Part shown: piece after piece, positions 58,466 through 64,000 of the stretch
How positions within the stretch are numbered: position 1 is the stretch's first letter
How the letters are laid out: each line of letters opens with the position of its first letter
Origin: a bacterium
GTDB lineage: Bacteria; RBG-13-61-14; DATKZS01
Direction: 5' to 3'
NCBI GenBank assembly: GCA_963674965.2
Contig: CAXXFL010000005.1
Span: forward strand, 416,001 to 480,000
DNA: 64,000 bases
Position numbers and translations under genes: made by a program
Notes under the pieces: model-generated
Seen by the model: the letters and a program-made list of their open reading frames with translations, nothing else
Told to the model about the DNA's origin: nothing
Databases searched by the model: none

Positions 58466-59443
58466 TTACAAGTACTTATTGAACCATTCGACCGTTGCCT
58501 CCATGGCCTCCTGGGTATATTTTTCGCCGTGCATGGTGTCGAAGCCGTGGCCGGCGCCCTTGGCGGTGTAAAGTCCGGTGGGGAGCCCGAGGTCCACCAG
58601 CTTTTGGGACATTTGCAGGGAGTCCTTGTAGAGGTCGAACCCGTCTTCGTCGCCGCAGATGAAATAGCTGGGCGGGTCTTTCTCGTCCACCTGGTTTTTG
58701 GGGGAGACGTGCTTTAGGATTTCCTCGATTTCCTTGTCGTCCCTGGTTTTGAGGCCGTACCATTTGACGTACTGTTTAATGGTGAGCTGGGGGCGGTGGA
58801 GGGCGAGCATGCTCTCGAGGTCGTAGACCCCGTAGAAGAGCACGGCGGCCTTGACGTCGGAATCGAGGGTCGAGTTTTGCTTGTCCGTGGGCTTGAAATA
58901 GGGATCGTCGCTGGCCCATGCCACCATGGAGGCCAGGTGTCCGCCGGCCGATCCGCCCATGATACCGACCCGATCGGGGTCTCCGCCGTATTTGGCTATG
59001 TTTTCCTTGACCCATATGACCGCGGCCATCACGTCCTCGACCTGGGTCTGGATGGGGTAATCGGGGAGCATGCGGTAGTTCACGCTCACGGCCACGAAGC
59101 CGCGGTTGGCCATGTACCTGGAGCGGAACAGGGAGTTGGGCGCCCTTTTGTCTCCCACTTCCCAGGCGCCGCCGTGGACGTTGATCACCACCGGTATCTG
59201 GCCGTCGTGGTCGTTCCAATACACGTCAAGCGTCAGTTCCTCGTGACCCGTGACGTTCATGGCGTACGGGATATCCAGTTCCTCGTGGCCGCGCTTCGCG
59301 CCTGCGCTCTCGATGGGACCGTACTTTTTGAAGGCCTTCTTGGCCCGCCGGTGGTCCGCCATCTCCGCGCTCTTCTTGACGCAACCCGCCGAAAGCGCCA
59401 AGGCCAAGGCGAGACAAATGGCAAAATTTAATTTGATTCTCAT
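58466..59443 (-). CDS. Alpha/beta-hydrolase (esterase/lipase), lipoprotein
   Basis: LSAGC lipobox; HGGAW, GGSAGG nucleophile elbow, GDED, HGF. Confidence 0.9.
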   Translation of the reverse strand: MRIKLNFAICLALALALSAGCVKKSAEMADHRRAKKAFKKYGPIESAGAKRGHEELDIPYAMNVTGHEELTLDVYWNDHDGQIPVVINVHGGAWEVGDKRAPNSLFRSRYMANRGFVAVSVNYRMLPDYPIQTQVEDVMAAVIWVKENIAKYGGDPDRVGIMGGSAGGHLASMVAWASDDPYFKPTDKQNSTLDSDVKAAVLFYGVYDLESMLALHRPQLTIKQYVKWYGLKTRDDKEIEEILKHVSPKNQVDEKDPPSYFICGDEDGFDLYKDSLQMSQKLVDLGLPTGLYTAKGAGHGFDTMHGEKYTQEAMEATVEWFNKYL

Positions 59444-59564
59444 AATCTTCTCCTCGCATCCCCGCGAATTTTGGGACGTATTATAGCTTCTTTCGTAAAG
59501 GAATCAAAAATTGACGGTGCCAAATCCGGATCGGTCCAATTTCGCGGGTCCCGGCAAGGGGCGC

Positions 59565-60770
59565 TTATTCGGAGCGCAGGGCCCGTACGGGCTCGAGGCT
59601 CGCGGCCCTTATAGCGGGGTAGATGCCGAACGCGAGGCCGGTGACGAGGGCGGCGGAGGCGGAAAGGACAATGGCCCGGGCGGATATTACGGCCTCCCAG
59701 TTGCCCCATCCCGAGACAAGCTCGGACACGGCGGCCCCCAGTCCGACCCCGAGAACGGCCCCCGCCCCGGAGAGGATGACGGCCTCGGCCAGGAACTGGT
59801 GGAAGATATCCAGGCCCGAGGCGCCCACGGCTTTCCGTATGCCGATCTCGGGGGTCCTTTCCGTGACGGACACGAGCATTATGTTCATGATGCCCACCCC
59901 GCCCGTGACCAGGGCCACCGCCGCCAGGCTGATGAGCAGGGCCGTCAGGGTCTTGTTGACGCCGGCGAAGGCCTCGATCATCTCTCTTTGATCGATCACG
60001 TGGAAGTCGAGCCGGTCCTTGCCCGCTCCGGGAGGAAGGCGGTGGCGTCTTCTAAGGAGGGACACGAGCCTTTCCTCGACGGAACTCATGTCGTCCTGGG
60101 AAGGGCATAATACGGCTATGGCGTGGAGGTGGTCGGTACCGATTACCCGGGTCATGGCCGTTTGGAGGGGCGTGACCACGAGCTGGTCCGGATGAAACCA
60201 GCCCATGTCCCCCTTGGACTCGAAGGTCCCTATTACCCTGAAGTTATGGCCTGACAGCTTGAAGGTCTTGCCCACCGGATCGAGGTCGCCAAAGAGGCGA
60301 CGGCTCGCGGCGGGGCCGATCACGGCCACCTTTGCCCTTCCCCTGTCCTCGGCGGGCGAGAAGAAACGTCCCCGCGCCGGCTTGAAGTTGCGGGCCTTGA
60401 TGAAGCCGGGAGCGGCGCCCACGACGGGAGCGTTGAAGGATTTTCCTCCTGCCCGAACCTCGAGGTTGGCTATCACCTCGGGGCTTGCCACGACCCCTCC
60501 GATTTCCTCCTCGAGGGCGGCGGCGTCGGAAAGGGTAAGGCTATCTGTCCTGCCCCTCCCTCCGGAGGCGGGGCCGGGAAGCACGATGAGCAGCCTCGAG
60601 CCCAGGACCTCGATCTGGGCGGCCACCGACCGCCTCGAGCCCTCGCCCGCGGCGATGACGGCGATGACGGCGGCCACGCCGGTGACCACGCCGAGTATGG
60701 TGAGAAGCGACCTGAGCGGATGCAGCGCGAGCGACGACAGGGCCCCGGCCAGGACCTCGGAGGACCTCAT
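59565..60770 (-). CDS. MacB/FtsX-family ABC transporter permease
   Basis: RSLLTILGV, GRFFS, GIMNIMLVSVTERTPEIGIRKAVGA, PAIRAASLEPVRALR. Confidence 0.92.
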   Translation of the reverse strand: MRSSEVLAGALSSLALHPLRSLLTILGVVTGVAAVIAVIAAGEGSRRSVAAQIEVLGSRLLIVLPGPASGGRGRTDSLTLSDAAALEEEIGGVVASPEVIANLEVRAGGKSFNAPVVGAAPGFIKARNFKPARGRFFSPAEDRGRAKVAVIGPAASRRLFGDLDPVGKTFKLSGHNFRVIGTFESKGDMGWFHPDQLVVTPLQTAMTRVIGTDHLHAIAVLCPSQDDMSSVEERLVSLLRRRHRLPPGAGKDRLDFHVIDQREMIEAFAGVNKTLTALLISLAAVALVTGGVGIMNIMLVSVTERTPEIGIRKAVGASGLDIFHQFLAEAVILSGAGAVLGVGLGAAVSELVSGWGNWEAVISARAIVLSASAALVTGLAFGIYPAIRAASLEPVRALRSE

Positions 60771-60793
60771 GCTCGTTCCCCTCCCGCGGCGGC

Positions 60794-61555
60794 CTAGAGT
60801 CCCTCCACGTAGGCCTTCTTGATGACCTGGTCCTCGAGGGGCTTGTCGTTGGCGTCGGTCTCGACCTGGCCGATAAGCTCGGCCGCCTGCATGCCCTGCA
60901 CGATCTGTCCGAACACGGTGTACTTGTCGTCAAGGAAAGGCTGGGGAGCGAGGCAGATATAGAACTGGCTGCCGGCCGAGTCGGGGTCGCTTCCCCTGGC
61001 CATGGCCACCGTGCCCTGGAGGTGTTTTCTCGAGTTGAACTCGGCCTTGATGGTATAGCCCGGACCGCCCATGCCGTCGTTGGTGGGAGAGCCGCCCTGG
61101 ATCACGAACCCGGGCACCACGCGGTGGAAGATAAGGCCGTCGTAGAAATGACTCTGGGCCAGCACGATAAAATTACGGCACGTCTCGGGCGCGTCAATGG
61201 GATAGAACTTGAAACGGATGGAACCCTTGTCCGTCTCGATCACGGCCGTAAGCTCCTCCATCTTCTCGGCCGACAGGTCCGCCGCCCTGGTCCGCCACAG
61301 CTCGCGGAGTACCTCCTTGGCCCTCTGCACGTTGGCCCCCGCCGGGTAACTCGAGACGTAAGCCTCGTAGGCCTCGAGGGACCCGGTTTCCTCCGCCTCG
61401 TCCCAAATCTGGACCTCGGTCATACCCTCGTAGGACTTCACCTCCGGGGTCTTGCCGGGGGGACCGTCGGCGGGTTTTCCGCACATTTTCTCGCACCCGC
61501 AAAGGCCGGCCGTCGCGACAAGCGCGATAATGATGGACGCGAATTTGATTCTCAT
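60794..61555 (-). CDS. Cyclophilin-type peptidyl-prolyl isomerase, lipoprotein
   Basis: LCGC lipobox; FYDGLIFHRVVPGFVIQGG, VAMAR..DPDSAGSQF, YTVFG. Confidence 0.93.
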   Translation of the reverse strand: MRIKFASIIIALVATAGLCGCEKMCGKPADGPPGKTPEVKSYEGMTEVQIWDEAEETGSLEAYEAYVSSYPAGANVQRAKEVLRELWRTRAADLSAEKMEELTAVIETDKGSIRFKFYPIDAPETCRNFIVLAQSHFYDGLIFHRVVPGFVIQGGSPTNDGMGGPGYTIKAEFNSRKHLQGTVAMARGSDPDSAGSQFYICLAPQPFLDDKYTVFGQIVQGMQAAELIGQVETDANDKPLEDQVIKKAYVEGL

Positions 61556-61635
61556 GAAAGCCCTCCTTTGGCTAACGGCCCCGCTCGTGTCGCCCGGGCA
61601 AGGCCGCCATTCTCCCGGGATATCCAATTTCCGTG

Positions 61636-62601
61636 TCAGTACTCCGCCAGGGAGTCTCCTTGCTCCAGGTCCTCGCCCACTTGGAAGAGCTCGGACTGGA
61701 TGGCCTTGCGCTCCTCGTAAGCTTCCCTGATTATCCGGTCCATGTCGATCCCCAGGACCCTGGTCTCGACTATGCGGATGGGAGAGAGGGGAAAGGTAGT
61801 GGGCCTTCCCTCACGCTCCTGGGTGGGGACCCTCGAGATTTTTTCCAGCGTTTCCAGGCCATCGGTAACTTCCCCGAACACGGTAAAGCGGCCGTCGAAC
61901 TCGGGGACGTCCCGCAAGCAGACGAAGAACTGGCTGCCCGCCGTGTCCGGGTCGATGGGAAGACGCCACATCGAGACCCTGCCCCGCAGGTGCTTGAGGT
62001 CGTTTGGTTCCATTTCAATCATGTAGCCGGGACCGCCCAGACCGTCGCCCATGGGGTCGCCCATCAGCACCATCGAGTCGGCCTGGACCCGGTTGACCAC
62101 CAGACCCTTGTAAAAGCCCGCGTAGGCCAGGGCGATAAGGTTCCGAGCGTGATTGGGAGCGGCCTCCGGATAAAAGGAAAATTTGAAGGAGCCAAGAGAG
62201 GTCTCGATCTCGACCCGGGCCGCGGCCAGTTGCTCGAGGCTAAGGTCCCCCGCGTGATTCCTGGCCTCGGAGAGCATGGTTTTTCTCGCCTTTTGCGCGT
62301 ACTGGCCTTTCGGGTATCTCTCGAGATAGGCCCACAGCTTGAAAACGTCACGGTACTGGAGGGCCTCGGTCGCCACGCTTTTTTCAAGGCCCGCCCTGGC
62401 CTCCTCGGCGTATTTTCCTTCCGGGTACTTGGAGAGATACCCGGCAAAGCTCTCCTCCGTGTTCAGCGATTTAGCCGCGTACCAGGCCCTGTCTTCATTT
62501 TTGTTCTTGCAGCCCGATGCAACCAGAAGCAGGCCAAGGCAAGCTAGCAACGTTGTAGCCGATAATTTCAAAAGATATCTCCTCCAGCGGTTATTTTCCA
62601 A
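61636..62601 (-). CDS. Divergent cyclophilin-type peptidyl-prolyl isomerase, lipoprotein
   Basis: ASGC lipobox; FYKGLVVNRV, GDPMGDGLGGPGY, DPDTAGSQFF, FTVFG. Confidence 0.88.
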   Translation of the reverse strand: MENNRWRRYLLKLSATTLLACLGLLLVASGCKNKNEDRAWYAAKSLNTEESFAGYLSKYPEGKYAEEARAGLEKSVATEALQYRDVFKLWAYLERYPKGQYAQKARKTMLSEARNHAGDLSLEQLAAARVEIETSLGSFKFSFYPEAAPNHARNLIALAYAGFYKGLVVNRVQADSMVLMGDPMGDGLGGPGYMIEMEPNDLKHLRGRVSMWRLPIDPDTAGSQFFVCLRDVPEFDGRFTVFGEVTDGLETLEKISRVPTQEREGRPTTFPLSPIRIVETRVLGIDMDRIIREAYEERKAIQSELFQVGEDLEQGDSLAEY

Positions 62602-62673
62602 TGGCCTTTACCGTGAGTCAAACCGCCGGTCCCTCAATCGAGCGGCCGCCGGGAGGGCCGGGGGAGCGGCGAG

Positions 62674-63999
62674 CTATTTTTTCCGGAAGAGATACGCGCC
62701 CAGGTAAAGGGCCGCCGCCAGAACGTACATGGCCTTGAAGCCGGCCACGAGTGACGAGTATTCGAGCAGGCCGCCCACCACGGCGCCGAGGATATTGGAA
62801 CCGAGGGCGAGCGCCACGTCGGGGCCGTCCTTGATCGAGGAGGAAAAGACGATCCCGGAGAACGCCACCGGCAAGGCCACCAGGGCGGAGCCCAAAGCGG
62901 CGGCGGCGACGGGGTTTCCCAGCAGCAGCTTGTGAACGGGCACGATAAAGGCGATGAATAAAGCTGCCCCTAAAGCGACGTAGGCCCAGGTGGGGTTTTT
63001 AATCGAGACCTTGGCCACCAGCAGGTTGGCCAGCATGGCCATGATCAGGAAGGCCGAGATAACTCCGGCGTTGACCATCCAGGTCGATCCGAACAGAAGC
63101 GATATCTCGGTAATGGACTTGGTTTCCAGGAGCAGGAACCCCGCGCCGAGCAGGCAAAAGTGGGGGTTGATCCGGCTGAACCGAGGTATCGTCCGCCTGG
63201 TGAACAAATAGGAGATGACCAGGATCGCGGCGAGGGTAATGGCGTAGCCCGGGCTGATGGTCCTTTTTTCCAGGTACAAGAAGGGCCAGTTGTCCGACGG
63301 CAGGTCCTCGGGAGGATGGGCGAGATAATCTTGCGTTACCTCCTTGAAGCGGGGCTTGGGCTGAAAAGTATATTTTTTAAGACCGGGACCGGCGGCGATG
63401 ACGTCGAAGTCGTGTCCGAATTGGCCGCCGTCCCACATCCAGGCCCGGGTGGAGTCCGGGAAGATGGAATGGACCAGGTAAAACAGGCGCCTTCCCACGA
63501 AGTCGCGGGAGGAGGCGAACATGACCACCATCACCCCGTCCGGCGACAAGAGTCGGGCCGCCTCCTCGAAGCTCTCCCGCGTGTAAACGAAGGTGTCCAG
63601 CCTGATGCTTGAGTGGGCGGATAAAAGAGTATGAGAATCCAGGAAGGCGTAGACGATCGAGTCGTAGGGTCCCTCGGCCCTTTTCAGGAAGCGCCTGGCG
63701 TCGGTCACGTGCAGGGCGACCCGCGGGCTGGAATAGGGACGCTCGGGGTGGCGCTCGCGGCCCAGGCCGGCGATGGCCGGGTCTATCTCGACCGCGTCGA
63801 TGGGGTCATTGCCCGCCCGGACGGCGGCGGCCACGTCGTTGCCCAGGCCCGCGCCCAGGATAAGGGTCCGGCCCGGCGGATGCATTTGATAGGGAAAGTT
63901 GACGTAGTCCGCGATGCCTCCGATCAGGTCGCCGCCGAATTTCAGGTCGCGAGAGGAATCGGACACGACCCTCGGGTCCAGGTTGACGGCGAACTGGAA
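62674..63999 (-). CDS. Spermidine-synthase-like SAM-dependent transferase fused to membrane domain (5'-partial)
   Basis: LILGAGLGND, AVEID, TDARRF, YTRESF, PSDNWPFLY, then TMs; frame open to the window end. Confidence 0.85.
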   Translation of the reverse strand, partial: FQFAVNLDPRVVSDSSRDLKFGGDLIGGIADYVNFPYQMHPPGRTLILGAGLGNDVAAAVRAGNDPIDAVEIDPAIAGLGRERHPERPYSSPRVALHVTDARRFLKRAEGPYDSIVYAFLDSHTLLSAHSSIRLDTFVYTRESFEEAARLLSPDGVMVVMFASSRDFVGRRLFYLVHSIFPDSTRAWMWDGGQFGHDFDVIAAGPGLKKYTFQPKPRFKEVTQDYLAHPPEDLPSDNWPFLYLEKRTISPGYAITLAAILVISYLFTRRTIPRFSRINPHFCLLGAGFLLLETKSITEISLLFGSTWMVNAGVISAFLIMAMLANLLVAKVSIKNPTWAYVALGAALFIAFIVPVHKLLLGNPVAAAALGSALVALPVAFSGIVFSSSIKDGPDVALALGSNILGAVVGGLLEYSSLVAGFKAMYVLAAALYLGAYLFRKK

Positions 64000-64000
64000 A

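Overview
GC-rich bacterial chromosomal window from a Gram-negative (LPS genes waaA and a GT9 heptosyltransferase), probably a Deltaproteobacteria-like lineage (inference from gene content). From left to right: (1) two tandem secreted repeat proteins (LVIVD, acidic DxDxDG repeats, FG-GAP) sharing a gapless ~268-aa C-terminal module with a dockerin-like pair; (2) a degenerate EAL/YkuI-like protein; (3) an AT-rich island carrying a hypothetical gene plus an XRE-HTH/ImmA-IrrE peptidase gene (RosmerTA-like). Beside it lies an unannotated ~245-nt structured RNA candidate with its own promoter (overlapped by two NrdR-box-like sites) and a GNRA-loop terminator; (4) a QueT-like transporter and two large paralogous unknown envelope proteins; (5) ThiF/MoeB, a Ser/Thr kinase and a PTS-IIA/ClC-CBS/Usp operon with a structured leader; (6) housekeeping genes (tsaC, DUF89, purE, MoaD/ThiS, TrmJ, gnd, tRNA-Gln, tRNA-Glu, YhaM); (7) GH31, a Tat sulfatase, a MATE preceded by a candidate leader-peptide attenuator, three GT-C-like glycosyltransferases and a ~1970-aa TPR protein; (8) an esterase, a MacB-like permease, two lipoprotein cyclophilins and a partial spermidine-synthase-like membrane protein. 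Three copies of a ~185-bp MITE containing REP-like palindromes are present. No CRISPR array, rRNA, integrase, transposase or reverse transcriptase was seen. All family calls come from motifs recognised by eye; no searches were run.
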